Shown here: one piece after another, positions 19,339 through 29,347 of the stretch
Position numbering within the stretch: position 1 is the stretch's first letter
Layout: the number at the start of each line of letters is the position of its first letter
Assembly: GCA_025062235.1 (NCBI GenBank)
Contig: JANXAE010000001.1
Span: 493-64,492 of the forward strand
Length of the DNA: 64,000 nucleotides
Origin: Bryobacteraceae bacterium
GTDB lineage: Bacteria; Acidobacteriota; Terriglobia; Bryobacterales; Bryobacteraceae
Reading direction: 5' to 3'
Translations under genes and position numbers: made by a program
The notes under the pieces: model-generated
The model's input: the letters and a program-made list of their open reading frames with translations, nothing else
Database searches by the model: none
What the model was told of the DNA's origin: nothing

Positions 19339-20832
19339 CTACAGCGCCTCGATCCGGCGGTAGATTTCTCTCAGTGCGGGGTACAGCGCCCGGTACACGG
19401 CGTGCCCGCGTGCGTAGAATTGCGATTCCGCCTCGCGGGGCTCCAGGGCCTCGACCTCGCGGATGGCCACGCGGCAGACCTCCGGGACCGAAGAGTAGGG
19501 GCCCGTGCCTGCCAGCGCCAGCAGTGCAGCGCCGTAGGCCGATCCTTCCTGGGTTTCGAGCACGACGACCCGGCGCGCGAAGACGTCGGCCAGCAACTGG
19601 CGCCAGAAGGCGCTCCGGGCGCCGCCGCCGGAGAGCCGCACGGATGCGACGCGGACGCCGAGCTGCTCGATGAGGTCGAGGCAGTCCTTCTGGCTGTAGC
19701 TGACGCCTTCGAGGAGGGACCGAATCAAGTCCGCACGGGAATGTTTCGCCGTGAGGCCGATCCATCCGCCCCGCGCGTAGGGATCCAGGTGCGGCGTGCG
19801 CTCGCCCATGAGGTAGGGAAGCCAGAACAAGCCGTGCGCGCCGGGCGGGGAGGCGGCAGCTTCGCGGGTGAGCGCGTCGTAGTCGCCGCCGGGCGCCAGG
19901 TGGTTGCGGAACCATTGCAGGCTGAGGCCGGCGCCCTGCGTGACGCCCATGACGTGCCAAGCGCCCCGAACGGCATGGCAGAAGGTGTGCACGCGGCCTT
20001 GCGGGTCATAGGCGGGCTGGTCCATGTGCGCGAAGACCACGCCCGAAGTGCCCAGGGTGCACGAGACGACGCCAGGCTCCACGATGCCGTTGCCCACGGC
20101 GCTGGAAGCCTGGTCGCCTCCGCCGCCCACGACGGGGGTGCCTGGCTCGAGGCCCGTGGCCTCGGCCGCGGCCGCCGTGACGGCGCCCGTAACGTCGCTC
20201 GATTCGTACACCGCGGGAAGGATGTTCTTGTCGAGGCCCAGTCGCTCGACCATCTCCCAGGCCCAGGTGCGACGGACCACGTCGAACAGCGACGTGCCGG
20301 AGGCGTCCGATACCTCGGTGGCATACTCGCCGGTGAGCCTGTAGCGCACGTAATCCTTGGGCAAGAGCATTTTCCTCAGGCGGGCGAAACGAGCCGGCTC
20401 GTTGTCGCGCACCCAGAGCAGCTTGGGCAGCGTGAATCCCGTCAGCACGGGATTCGCGGTGTAGCGCAGGACAGCCTCTGGCCCGAGCGTGGCGTTCACC
20501 CAGTCCACTTGCGCCTGGCTGCGCTGGTCGCACCAGATCAGCGAGGGACGGATGACCTCGCCGGTCTCGTCCAGCATGACGAGGCCGTGCATCTGGCCCG
20601 AAAGGCCGATCCCGCGCACTTGGGCCCCGGTGATTCCCGCCTCGCGGAGCACGCCGCGGACGGCTTGCTGGGTGGCCTCCCACCAATTCTCCGGACGCTG
20701 CTCGGCCCATAGCGGGCGCTCCATGCGCATTTCTTCGTGCGGAGCGGTGAAGCCGGCCCGCACGCGGCCGCGCTCGTCCACCAGCAGAGCTCTGGTTCCG
20801 CCCGTACCGACGTCAATTCCCATCCAGTACAT
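19339..20832 (-). CDS. xylB: Xylulokinase (FGGY family)
   Basis: GIDVGTGG, GLSGQMHG, WCDQR, GFTLPKLLW, DASGT, GGGDQ, PYLMGERTPH, SGGGARS. Confidence 0.92.
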   Translation of the reverse strand: MYWMGIDVGTGGTRALLVDERGRVRAGFTAPHEEMRMERPLWAEQRPENWWEATQQAVRGVLREAGITGAQVRGIGLSGQMHGLVMLDETGEVIRPSLIWCDQRSQAQVDWVNATLGPEAVLRYTANPVLTGFTLPKLLWVRDNEPARFARLRKMLLPKDYVRYRLTGEYATEVSDASGTSLFDVVRRTWAWEMVERLGLDKNILPAVYESSDVTGAVTAAAAEATGLEPGTPVVGGGGDQASSAVGNGIVEPGVVSCTLGTSGVVFAHMDQPAYDPQGRVHTFCHAVRGAWHVMGVTQGAGLSLQWFRNHLAPGGDYDALTREAAASPPGAHGLFWLPYLMGERTPHLDPYARGGWIGLTAKHSRADLIRSLLEGVSYSQKDCLDLIEQLGVRVASVRLSGGGARSAFWRQLLADVFARRVVVLETQEGSAYGAALLALAGTGPYSSVPEVCRVAIREVEALEPREAESQFYARGHAVYRALYPALREIYRRIEAL

Positions 20833-20881
20833 GCGGCTGTCCTCCTCAGCGTGGGTCGTGCCCGTTCAGACCTGGGCGGGG

Positions 20882-21808
20882 TCAGGATCCACGGCCGGCA
20901 GCCTGGAAAGGCAAGTAGGCCGCACCGTACAGACCCGCCTCGTTGCCCAGGATGGCTTTTTCGATGCGCGTGGGCGAGTGGCGGTATACGTACGAACGGC
21001 GCCGGACTTCCTCGAACATGGCGGGGGCGAAGAACTCCCAGGCCGGCAGCATGCCGCCGCTCAGCAAGTACAGGGGGAAATTGAAGGCGTTGACGAGATT
21101 GGCGAGGGCGATGCCGAGCGCCTGGCCCATGACCTGGAAGACCAGACGGGCCTTCTCGTTGCCGGCCGCCGCGAGGTTGTAGACCTGCTCGGCAGTCAAG
21201 TCGTCGCCCAGGCCCATCAGTTTGGCCATGGCGCTGACTGCAGTGGCCGAGGCGTGCTTTTCCAGGCAGCCGGTGTTGCCACAGCCGCAGGGATTGCCGT
21301 TGGGCACCACCGTCATGTGGCCCAGCTCGGCGGCCATGCCGACGCAGCCGTGCAAGACCCGGCCGCCGACGATGATGCCGCCGCCGATGCCGGTGCCCAA
21401 GGTGAGCAGGACCAGATCCTCGACCTCTCGCCCGGCGCCCATCCATTTCTCTCCCAGAGCCGCAGCGTTGGCGTCGTTTTCCAGGATCACGGGCGTTCCG
21501 CTGCGCTGCGAGATCTGGTCGCGCAACGGGTAATCGTCGAATCCGGGCAGGTTGGGGGAACTGGTGATCACGCCTTTCTCCATGAGGATGAAGCCCGCGG
21601 CGCCCACGCCCACTCCGACCAAGGAGTCGGCGCCCAGGCGAGCACGCAACTGCCGGATTGCCGCGACGATCTCGGCGACGACGGCGTCCGGCCCCGCGGT
21701 GAGGTCGGTGGGGCGGGAAATCTTTTCGAGAACGCGGCCGTCGCGGTCAATGGCCGCCGCGCGCAGGTTCGTTCCGCCGAGGTCCACGCCGATCGAATAC
21801 TCCGCCAT
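20882..21808 (-). CDS. ROK family sugar kinase (glucokinase-like)
   Basis: GVDLGGT, ENDANAAALGE, TLGTGIGGG, ELGH, CGCGNTGCLE. Confidence 0.92.
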   Translation of the reverse strand: MAEYSIGVDLGGTNLRAAAIDRDGRVLEKISRPTDLTAGPDAVVAEIVAAIRQLRARLGADSLVGVGVGAAGFILMEKGVITSSPNLPGFDDYPLRDQISQRSGTPVILENDANAAALGEKWMGAGREVEDLVLLTLGTGIGGGIIVGGRVLHGCVGMAAELGHMTVVPNGNPCGCGNTGCLEKHASATAVSAMAKLMGLGDDLTAEQVYNLAAAGNEKARLVFQVMGQALGIALANLVNAFNFPLYLLSGGMLPAWEFFAPAMFEEVRRRSYVYRHSPTRIEKAILGNEAGLYGAAYLPFQAAGRGS

Positions 21809-21858
21809 CGCTCGAATGATATCAGAGCGGCGGCGCCGCGACGGGCGTGCGCCGGGCC

Positions 21859-23691
21859 TCAGGCGCGGCTGGGGGCTTCCGGCTGGCGGGTTTCCTGGTC
21901 CTTGTACTGGAGTTGGTAGAGCCGCCAGTAGATGCCTCGTTGGGAGAGCAGTTGCTGGTGCGTGCCGGTCTCGCGCAACCTACCCTTGTGCAGCACCAGG
22001 ATGAGGTCGGCGCGCTGGATGGTCGAGAGCCGGTGGGCGATGATGATCGCGGTGCGCCCCTCCGTCAGACGGGCGATGGCTTCGCGCACGCGCAGTTCGG
22101 TCTCGGTATCCACGCTGGAGGTGGCTTCGTCCAGGATGAGGAAGCGCGGGTTGTGCGCGAGGGCGCGTGCGAAGCTCACCAGCTGTTTCTGCCCTGTGGA
22201 AAGGCCGTCGCCGCGCTCGCGCAACGGCTGCGCGAAGCCTGCGGGCAGCGAGTTGATGTACTCGAGCAGGTTGACCTGCTCGGCGGCACGGACCAGCTCG
22301 TCTTCGGTGATCCATTCCGTGCCCAGCCGGATGTTGTCCCCGATGGTGCCGGAGAACAGGTGGGGATCCTGGAGGACGACGCCGAACTGCCGGCGCAACT
22401 CGCGCGGATCGAATTCGCGAATGTCCACGCCACCGATGCGGATGGAGCCGCGCTGCACGTCGTAAAAGCGCAGCAGCAGGCTGACGAGGGTGGTCTTGCC
22501 GGCGCCCGTGTGGCCGACCACGGCGACGGTCTGTCCGGGCTCGATGCGGAAGCTGACGTCCCTGAGCACCCAATCCTCGTCCTTGTAAGCGAACCAGACG
22601 CCGTCGAACTCGATGGGCACGGGCCCCCCGGGTACGGGGCGCGGCGCGACGGGCGCCAGGATGCCAGGGCGGGTGTCGAGCAGGGCGAAGATCCTCTCGG
22701 CCGCGGCCATGGCGGCTTGCAGCAGGTTGTATTTCTCGCTCAGGTCCTGGATGGGGCGGAAAAAGCGCATGCTGTACTGGAAAAAGGCGACCAGCACGCC
22801 GAGCGTCAGCCCGCCCGATTGGACGCGGTAGCCGCCGTAGGCGAGCATGAGCGCCAGCGACAGGACGGCAAGGAACTCCACCGCGGGGTAGAACCACCCG
22901 TAGGCCGTGATCGCATCCTTGTAAGCCAACATGTGGTCGCGGTTGATCCGGCGGAACTCTTCCATGCTGCGCGCTTCGCGGTTGAACAACTGCACCACGG
23001 TCATGCCGTGGATGTGTTCTTGCAGGAACGCGTTGATGCGCGCGATGGCGGCCCGGATGCGGCGGTAGCTGGCCGTAGCCTGGCGGCGGAACAGCAGCGT
23101 CACGCCCACGATGAGCGGGAGCACGGCGAGCATGGCCAGCGTGAGGCCGGGGCTGAGCTGCACCATTGCCAGGAGCACCAGGCTCAGGGCCAACAGGTCG
23201 CCGACGATGGTCACCAAGCCCGAGGCCAGCAGCTCGTTGAGGGCGTCCACGTCGGTGGTGACGCGGGTGACCAGGCGGCCGACGGGGTGGCGGTCGAAGA
23301 AGGCGATGTCGGCGCGGTGAAGGTGCTCCATCAATTCGCGGCGCAGATCGAACATGGCGCGTTGCCCGGTCCACTGCATCAGGTACGCCTCGGCGAAGCC
23401 CAACGCCAGGCCGGCAGCGATGACCAGCAAGTACAGCAGCGCAATCTGCGCCAGCCCGATGTGGGGGTCGCTGGACAGCCATGCGTTCCAAGGCGCGGGC
23501 GGCCGGGCGACCGGGACCAGATACCAATCCACCGCCGCCTTGCTGAGCAGCGGACCCACGACCTGAAGGCCGGAAAGCGCCAGCATGGCGGACAGGGCCA
23601 GCGCCACAGCAGCCCAGTACGGACGCAGGTAGCCGAGCAGGCGGCGCATCAGGCGCCCGTCGTAGGCTTTGCCCAGAACCTCTTCGTCCAC
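21859..23691 (-). CDS. ABC exporter, fused TMD-NBD (MsbA/MdlB-like)
   Basis: TM domain plus GHTGAGKT, LSTGQKQ, ILDEAT, IAHRLSTI. Confidence 0.92.
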   Translation of the reverse strand: MDEEVLGKAYDGRLMRRLLGYLRPYWAAVALALSAMLALSGLQVVGPLLSKAAVDWYLVPVARPPAPWNAWLSSDPHIGLAQIALLYLLVIAAGLALGFAEAYLMQWTGQRAMFDLRRELMEHLHRADIAFFDRHPVGRLVTRVTTDVDALNELLASGLVTIVGDLLALSLVLLAMVQLSPGLTLAMLAVLPLIVGVTLLFRRQATASYRRIRAAIARINAFLQEHIHGMTVVQLFNREARSMEEFRRINRDHMLAYKDAITAYGWFYPAVEFLAVLSLALMLAYGGYRVQSGGLTLGVLVAFFQYSMRFFRPIQDLSEKYNLLQAAMAAAERIFALLDTRPGILAPVAPRPVPGGPVPIEFDGVWFAYKDEDWVLRDVSFRIEPGQTVAVVGHTGAGKTTLVSLLLRFYDVQRGSIRIGGVDIREFDPRELRRQFGVVLQDPHLFSGTIGDNIRLGTEWITEDELVRAAEQVNLLEYINSLPAGFAQPLRERGDGLSTGQKQLVSFARALAHNPRFLILDEATSSVDTETELRVREAIARLTEGRTAIIIAHRLSTIQRADLILVLHKGRLRETGTHQQLLSQRGIYWRLYQLQYKDQETRQPEAPSRA

Positions 23692-23697
23692 TTCCCA

Positions 23698-23753
23698 CCA
23701 ATCTAACAGAGGCTGAGCGCCCGCTTGGTGCGCGGCCTGCTTTGCTAGATTGG
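23698..23753. promoter_or_regulatory. Divergent promoter pair with near-identical extended -10 elements
   Basis: TGtTAGATTGG (minus, 23698-23708) and TGcTAGATTGG (plus, 23743-23753); each TAGATT lies 8 nt before a GTG start. Confidence 0.5.
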
Positions 23754-23759
23754 GAGTTT

Positions 23760-24641
23760 GTGGACGGAGTCATCGTCGTAGACAAGCCGCTGGGCTGGAC
23801 CTCCCACGATGCGGTAGCCAAGGTGCGCAAGCTGGCGGGGACGCGTCGGGTGGGGCACCTGGGTACGCTCGATCCGATCGCCACCGGCGTGCTGCCGCTG
23901 GTCGTGGGGCGCGCTACGCGGCTGGCGCAGTTCTACCTGAGGAGCGACAAGGTTTACGACGCCATCATTCGCTTCGGCTACGCCACCGACACCTACGATT
24001 CCGAAGGCCGGCCGACTACGCCGGTGACGGAGCCGGAACTGGACCGGGAGCGTCTGGAGCAGGAACTGGCGCGGATGCGCGGCACCATCCTCCAGATGCC
24101 GCCACCCATCTCGGCCAAGAAGATCGGCGGGGTGCCGGCGTACCGGCTGGTTCGCAAGAACGTCCCGGTCGAGCTCAAGCCGGTCGAGGTCAGCATCTAC
24201 ACCGCCGAGCTGCTGGAAATCCATGGCCCCGAGGCGCGCGTCCTCGTGCACTGCTCGGCCGGCACGTACCTGCGCACGGTGGCACACGATCTGGGTGTGG
24301 CTCTGGGATGCGGTGCACACCTGAAGACGCTGAAGCGCACGGCGACCGGAGAGTTCACGATCGAGCGCGCCCACAGCATCGAGCGTCTGGAGGAGCTGGC
24401 GCGGCAGGGACGCCTGCAGGAGGCGCTGATCCCCATGGCCCGCCTGCTGCCCGAGTTCCCGACCGAGATCGTGGATCAAGTGACCGCGGGCCACATCCGG
24501 CATGGCCGCGACTTCCGGGTGTCGCCCTTCCACGTGCGGCCCGGGTCCCGTTACGTCAAGGCGGTGACCCAAGACGGGGATCTGATCGCCATCGGGGAGG
24601 CGCGCCTACCCAATCTTTACCATCCGATCATGGTCCTTTAA
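23760..24641 (+). CDS. truB: tRNA pseudouridine-55 synthase
   Basis: DGVIVVDKP, GHLGTLDPIATGVL, TDTYD, SAKKIGG, CSAGTYLR. Confidence 0.95.
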   Translation: MDGVIVVDKPLGWTSHDAVAKVRKLAGTRRVGHLGTLDPIATGVLPLVVGRATRLAQFYLRSDKVYDAIIRFGYATDTYDSEGRPTTPVTEPELDRERLEQELARMRGTILQMPPPISAKKIGGVPAYRLVRKNVPVELKPVEVSIYTAELLEIHGPEARVLVHCSAGTYLRTVAHDLGVALGCGAHLKTLKRTATGEFTIERAHSIERLEELARQGRLQEALIPMARLLPEFPTEIVDQVTAGHIRHGRDFRVSPFHVRPGSRYVKAVTQDGDLIAIGEARLPNLYHPIMVL

Positions 24642-24808
24642 TCGGAGTGGACCGCTCTGCCGCGGTCGGGCTGTCGCGCGGCGGCGAAGGCGCCGGGCCG
24701 GCGTCTGGCGCGGCCAGTACTTCGGCGGAGAGGGATCTGCGGGAGTGCCCAGGGCGGGGTGCGGCGCTTCAGCTGCGAGCCGGCGTACCGGACACGAGTG
24801 GCCTGCGA

Positions 24809-26419
24809 TCACCTGCGCGTCACTACGACCGAGCGCCAAGAAGTGTTGCCGGCCGCATCTCGCGCGCGCACCGTGATCGTGGTCGAGCCCGTGTAGAGCG
24901 GCACGGGCCCTGCGATCCACTCGGTGGTTCCTTGCGCCACGCCGGAGTGTCCGTTGGAGGAAGTCCAGTTGACTTGGGCGACGCCGACGTTGTCGGAGGC
25001 CGTGCCGCGCAGCGTGATGCTCGCAGAGTTGACGACCACGGTGGTCGTCGTGGGGTAGGTGATGGCGAGCGAGGGAGGCACCGTATCGCGGCCGGCCGGT
25101 GGCTGTGGCGTCGGGTTCTGCGGCGGTTGCGGGTTGGCGGGCGGCGAGCTCGGGGGCGTAGTGGGCGTGGAAGGCGGCGTCGCCGGCGGTTGCGGGGTTG
25201 GCGGTGGGCTCGGAGAAGGCTGGGGTGTGGCGGGAGGTTGCGTTGGGGCGCCCGGAGGGGAGGACACCGGTTCGCGAGCCGCGTAGAGCTCGCGGATCGC
25301 CGCGATGTCCTCCTCGGTCAGCTCGCTCACCTTGCGGTAGTACGGGTACATCACGGCGCCAGGCTTGTCGGAATGGCCGAGCCCGAGGGCGTGCCCGAGC
25401 TCGTGCAACGCCACGCTGAACAGGTCCACGTACTCGCCGATGGCCCAGGGTTCGTCGTCGTCGAAGTGCACGTCGCCCGCCAGGGGCTCGTAGTTGGGCG
25501 GCGCAGGATAGAAGGCATGCGCCAGCACGCGGCCGGGTCCGTCGAAGGGATAGGGGCAGCCGTGGTCGCGCGCGCCGAAATGCAACCGCAAGGTGCGCGG
25601 CCCCCACTCATCGGCGCCAGGGCTGAAGCGGATCGCCACGTACCGTGCCCACTCCTCGAGCGCCCGCAGGATCTCGCCGGCTGCCCGGTCACGTTCCAGG
25701 CGCCTCGCCATCTGCGCCAGCCAGTAGCGCAGTTCAACCGAGTTTCGCCCCGGCCCGTCCCAGCCATCGCCCACGGAGGCCACGTACTGGCCCACCGGCC
25801 CCCAGGCGGTCATGGCGCCCGCGCAGGCGATTACGGGTTCGCCCCGCAGGAGCTCGCCGGAGGCGGGGTAGACGTAGGCCACTTCGTCCCACTCGGCCAG
25901 CCTCTGGACGCGCGACGGCGCCCCCTCCACGAGCAGCTCGTTGTCGTGCAGCGCCGCATGTTCCCGAATCTCGAGCAGGTGCTCGCGCGCCAACGCCTCG
26001 GCTTCCTGGCGGGGCACGTCCGGGTGGAACTGGACCACGCACTGCCAGCGCTCCCCCGTGGTCAGGGCGGGACTCAGCTTGTCGGGCGCTTCCAGACGCA
26101 CGAGCCGACGCACGTCGAGACCCTCCAGTTCGAGCTCGTCTGGCGCCTCGATCACCATCGCGCCGTCGGGCACGTAGGCCACCAAGCGCGCACCGCGGCG
26201 TTCGAGTTCGACCACCGCCGTCGGGTCCACTCCCGCACCGAACTGCACCACGACGTGGGAACGCCCGGGAAGCCGCGATTTGACGCGCGGCAGCCGCCAC
26301 ATCGCCGCGACCGTTTCCGAGCGCGCGGCGCTCTTGAGCCGGAGAGGCAGTTCGCTCGCCATGCCCGCGCCCGCCGTCACCAGCAAGGGCCAGATGATTC
26401 GACGCATCCAGCGGCTCAC
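24809..26419 (-). CDS. Secreted matrixin (M10)-like metalloprotease with pro-domain, Pro/Thr-rich linker and C-terminal Ig-like domain
   Basis: PFDGPGRVLAHAFYP, GDVHFDDDEPW, HELGHALGLGH, Met-turn VMYP; VRARDAAGN Ig-like end. Confidence 0.88.
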   Translation of the reverse strand: MSRWMRRIIWPLLVTAGAGMASELPLRLKSAARSETVAAMWRLPRVKSRLPGRSHVVVQFGAGVDPTAVVELERRGARLVAYVPDGAMVIEAPDELELEGLDVRRLVRLEAPDKLSPALTTGERWQCVVQFHPDVPRQEAEALAREHLLEIREHAALHDNELLVEGAPSRVQRLAEWDEVAYVYPASGELLRGEPVIACAGAMTAWGPVGQYVASVGDGWDGPGRNSVELRYWLAQMARRLERDRAAGEILRALEEWARYVAIRFSPGADEWGPRTLRLHFGARDHGCPYPFDGPGRVLAHAFYPAPPNYEPLAGDVHFDDDEPWAIGEYVDLFSVALHELGHALGLGHSDKPGAVMYPYYRKVSELTEEDIAAIRELYAAREPVSSPPGAPTQPPATPQPSPSPPPTPQPPATPPSTPTTPPSSPPANPQPPQNPTPQPPAGRDTVPPSLAITYPTTTTVVVNSASITLRGTASDNVGVAQVNWTSSNGHSGVAQGTTEWIAGPVPLYTGSTTITVRARDAAGNTSWRSVVVTRR

Positions 26420-26514
26420 AACCCCGCTTATCGAACCCGTCCGCGCCAGTTTGAATCCGAGTTGCGCCGAGAGGAGCCTGCCCTCCGGCGCACGACATTA
26501 ATACCGGCGCTGCG

Positions 26515-29208
26515 ATGGGAGTCGTCTGGCTTGTGGCCGCCGCGCAGGCTCTGCTGGGAGCCGCGCTGCCGGTGCCGGCCGCCGAGCCGGGCTACGTCAT
26601 CCGAACCGTCGCGGGGAGCGACTGGACGGGAGATGGCGGCCCTGCCTCCTCCGCCCTGCTGTTTGCTCCCGAAGGAATCGCGCGCGACGCCGCAGGCAAC
26701 CTCTATGTGGCGGATTCGGCCGATCACCGCGTGCGCAAGATCACCCCGGCCGGCATCATCGTCACCGTCGCCGGCGATGGGGAACCGGGTTTCCGGGGCG
26801 ACGGCGGGCCGGCCAGCGCCGCACGGCTCGACGCGCCCTACGGGCTGGCCGCCGACGCACTGGGCAACCTTTACGTCGCCGATTTTGGCAACGCCCGTGT
26901 TCGGCGCATCGCGCCCGACGGAACCATCGTCACCATCGCAGGCGGGGGCGCGCGCGATCCTACTTCGAGCGGCGCAGCCGCGACCGCCGTGCGCCTGCTC
27001 GGTCCGCGCAACCTTGCGCTGGATGCGGCCGGCAATCTCTACGTGGCGGACTTTCGCGACCACCGCATCTACCGGGTCTCGCCGGGCGGAACGATCGAGG
27101 TCGTTGCGGGCACGGGCACTTCCGGCTTCTCGGGCAACGGCGGGCCCGCTCTCCACGCGCAGTTGAGTCACCCCGCCGGCCTTGCCTTCGATCGTGCGGG
27201 CAACCTCTACATCGCCGACAGCGGCAACCGGCGCATCCGGCGCCTTTCCGGCGGTGTTCTGAGCACCGTGCATGTGCCCGTCACGCTCGAGCTGCCCACC
27301 GGCCTGGCTTTCGATGCCGCGGGCAATCTCTACATCGCCGATCGTTCCCGCATCGTCAAGCTCGCTCCCTCTGGCAGCGCCTCCACTTTGGCGCTCGCGG
27401 CGCGCGATCTGGCGCTCGACGCCGCCGGCAACGTCTTCGTCGTGGCCGGCACGCCGCAGCTCATGCGTCTTGGCCCGACCGGCTCGGTCGCCGTCGTCGC
27501 CGGGGTCACCACCGAGCCGCGCTTCTGGGGCGATGGCGGGCCGGCGACCACCGCGCGGCTGGATTCCCCCAGCGGGCTGGCCCTTGCCTCCGATGGCTCG
27601 CTCTATATCGCCGATACGGGCAACGCGCGGATCCGCAAGGTGGATCGGGCAGGAGTGATTTCGACCGTCGCCGGGGCCGGGCGCTCGGGAGCGCTCGGGG
27701 ATTCGCTGCCCGCACTCGCTGCGAGACTGTTCGCACCTGTGGCGCTGTCCTTCGATTCCGCGGGTTGTCTGCTCATCGCCGACTCCGCCGTCAGCCGCGT
27801 CCGCCGGCTCTCTGCCGCAGGTCTGCTCACGAACGTCGCGGGTACGGGTGTCGCTGGATTCAACGGGGACGGGGATGCCGTCATCACGCAACTGAATCAG
27901 CCGGCGGGTCTGGCCGCGGCTGCCGACGGACGTGTCTTCGTCGCGGACACCGGCAACCACCGCATCCGGGCGCTGTCGCTTTCGGGCACCTTGGCCACGA
28001 TCGCCGGGCGCGGCTGGCGCGGTTATGCCGGCGACGGCGGACCCGCCTTGGAGGCGCTGCTCGACTCCCCCGCCGGGCTGGCCCTCGACCGCGACGGCAA
28101 TCTCTACATCGCCGACCGCTGGAATCACGTCGTCCGCAAGCTCAGTGCGAAGGGCATCCTGACGACCGTGGCCGGCTGCGGATGGCCCGGCTTCGCGGGC
28201 GATGGAGGTCCCGCCACGCAGGCCCGCCTCAACCACCCGACGGCGGTGGCGGTGGATCCGCAGGGTAACCTCTACATCGCGGACACCGAGAACCACCGTA
28301 TCCGCAAGGTGACCCCTGACGGCATCATCCGCACGATCGCCGGCGACGGGCAGCCCGGTTTCGCGGGCGACGGCGGCCCGGCGCACCTGGCCCGCCTGCG
28401 CTGGCCCGTAGCCCTCGTCGCGGACTCGCAGGGCAACCTATACGTGGCCGATCGCAACAACCACCGCGTGCGAATCCTCACGCCAGCCTGGGAGCCTGCG
28501 CCGCTGCAACGCGTCGAAGGGGTGGTGCTGCACGCAGCGACGCTGCGGCCCGGACCGGTCGCGCCAGGCCAACTGGTCACGATCCTCGCCCCCGGCGCAG
28601 GCCCGCCGCGTGACGCTGGTCCGCGGTTGGATCCCGGCGGCAAGCTGGCCACGCGTCTGGAAGGCCTCGAAGTCTTGTGGGACGGAAGGCCCGGGCCGCT
28701 GCTCTCGGTGAGTCGCGACGAGATCCGGGCGCAGGCGCCTTATGCCATCGCCGACCGGAAAGAAACCGTCCTCGAAGTGCGCCTGAACGGCGAGCTGCGT
28801 TTCGCCGCCACGCTGCGCGTCGTCGAAGCCTCGCCTGCCTTCTTCACCGGCGGCGACGGCCTGGTCGCGGCACTCAACGAAGACGGCACGCCGAACTCGC
28901 CTTCCAATCCCGCGGCTCGCGGGTCGGTGGTCAGCTTCTTCGCTACGGGCGAGGGTCTGACGGATCCGCCGAGCGAAGAAGGGCGGCCCGCGGGGGCGCT
29001 GCTGGCGAAGCCGGCGTTGCCCGTGAGCCTCACCGTCGGCATCCATACGGCCGAGATACTCTTCGCGGGAAGCGCGCCGGGCATGGTCGGCGTGCTCCAG
29101 ATCAACGCGCGGATCCCGGGCGGGTTCCTGCCCGCGGGCCTGCTCCCCGTCGAGTTGCGGGTGGGCGAGTACCGCAGCCCCGGCGGAGCCGTGATCGCGC
29201 TCCAATGA
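26515..29208 (+). CDS. Secreted NHL-repeat beta-propeller protein with Solibacter-type C-terminal domain
   Basis: Many GDGGPA...L..P.GLA.D..GNLYIAD..N.RIR repeats; C-terminal VAPGQLVTI...AALNEDG..NSPSNPA.RGSVVSFFATG...APG.VG..QIN. Confidence 0.88.
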   Translation: MGVVWLVAAAQALLGAALPVPAAEPGYVIRTVAGSDWTGDGGPASSALLFAPEGIARDAAGNLYVADSADHRVRKITPAGIIVTVAGDGEPGFRGDGGPASAARLDAPYGLAADALGNLYVADFGNARVRRIAPDGTIVTIAGGGARDPTSSGAAATAVRLLGPRNLALDAAGNLYVADFRDHRIYRVSPGGTIEVVAGTGTSGFSGNGGPALHAQLSHPAGLAFDRAGNLYIADSGNRRIRRLSGGVLSTVHVPVTLELPTGLAFDAAGNLYIADRSRIVKLAPSGSASTLALAARDLALDAAGNVFVVAGTPQLMRLGPTGSVAVVAGVTTEPRFWGDGGPATTARLDSPSGLALASDGSLYIADTGNARIRKVDRAGVISTVAGAGRSGALGDSLPALAARLFAPVALSFDSAGCLLIADSAVSRVRRLSAAGLLTNVAGTGVAGFNGDGDAVITQLNQPAGLAAAADGRVFVADTGNHRIRALSLSGTLATIAGRGWRGYAGDGGPALEALLDSPAGLALDRDGNLYIADRWNHVVRKLSAKGILTTVAGCGWPGFAGDGGPATQARLNHPTAVAVDPQGNLYIADTENHRIRKVTPDGIIRTIAGDGQPGFAGDGGPAHLARLRWPVALVADSQGNLYVADRNNHRVRILTPAWEPAPLQRVEGVVLHAATLRPGPVAPGQLVTILAPGAGPPRDAGPRLDPGGKLATRLEGLEVLWDGRPGPLLSVSRDEIRAQAPYAIADRKETVLEVRLNGELRFAATLRVVEASPAFFTGGDGLVAALNEDGTPNSPSNPAARGSVVSFFATGEGLTDPPSEEGRPAGALLAKPALPVSLTVGIHTAEILFAGSAPGMVGVLQINARIPGGFLPAGLLPVELRVGEYRSPGGAVIALQ

Positions 29209-29347
29209 AGCGTGCACGTCCCCGCCAAGCCGCCTTGCGTTATGATTGGCTTTGACCGGGGCAGGTCCGGCGCCGCAGGCCGCAGAGGCGAGCGCGCCGC
29301 GGCAGTGCGTCCTGCGCGGTCCGAAATCCCGGAACGTGGGTAGGCCC

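Noticed and set aside
25090..25275. DNA tandem repeat
   Set aside because: Low-complexity codons of the Pro/Thr linker in the matrixin gene, not an independent repeat element.
23750..27166. 1138-aa ORF and other long alternative-frame ORFs (e.g. 745-3150, 6848-8902, 21847-23706, 26428-28386)
   Set aside because: Arg/Gly/Pro-rich shadow frames of well-supported genes, expected in high-GC DNA.
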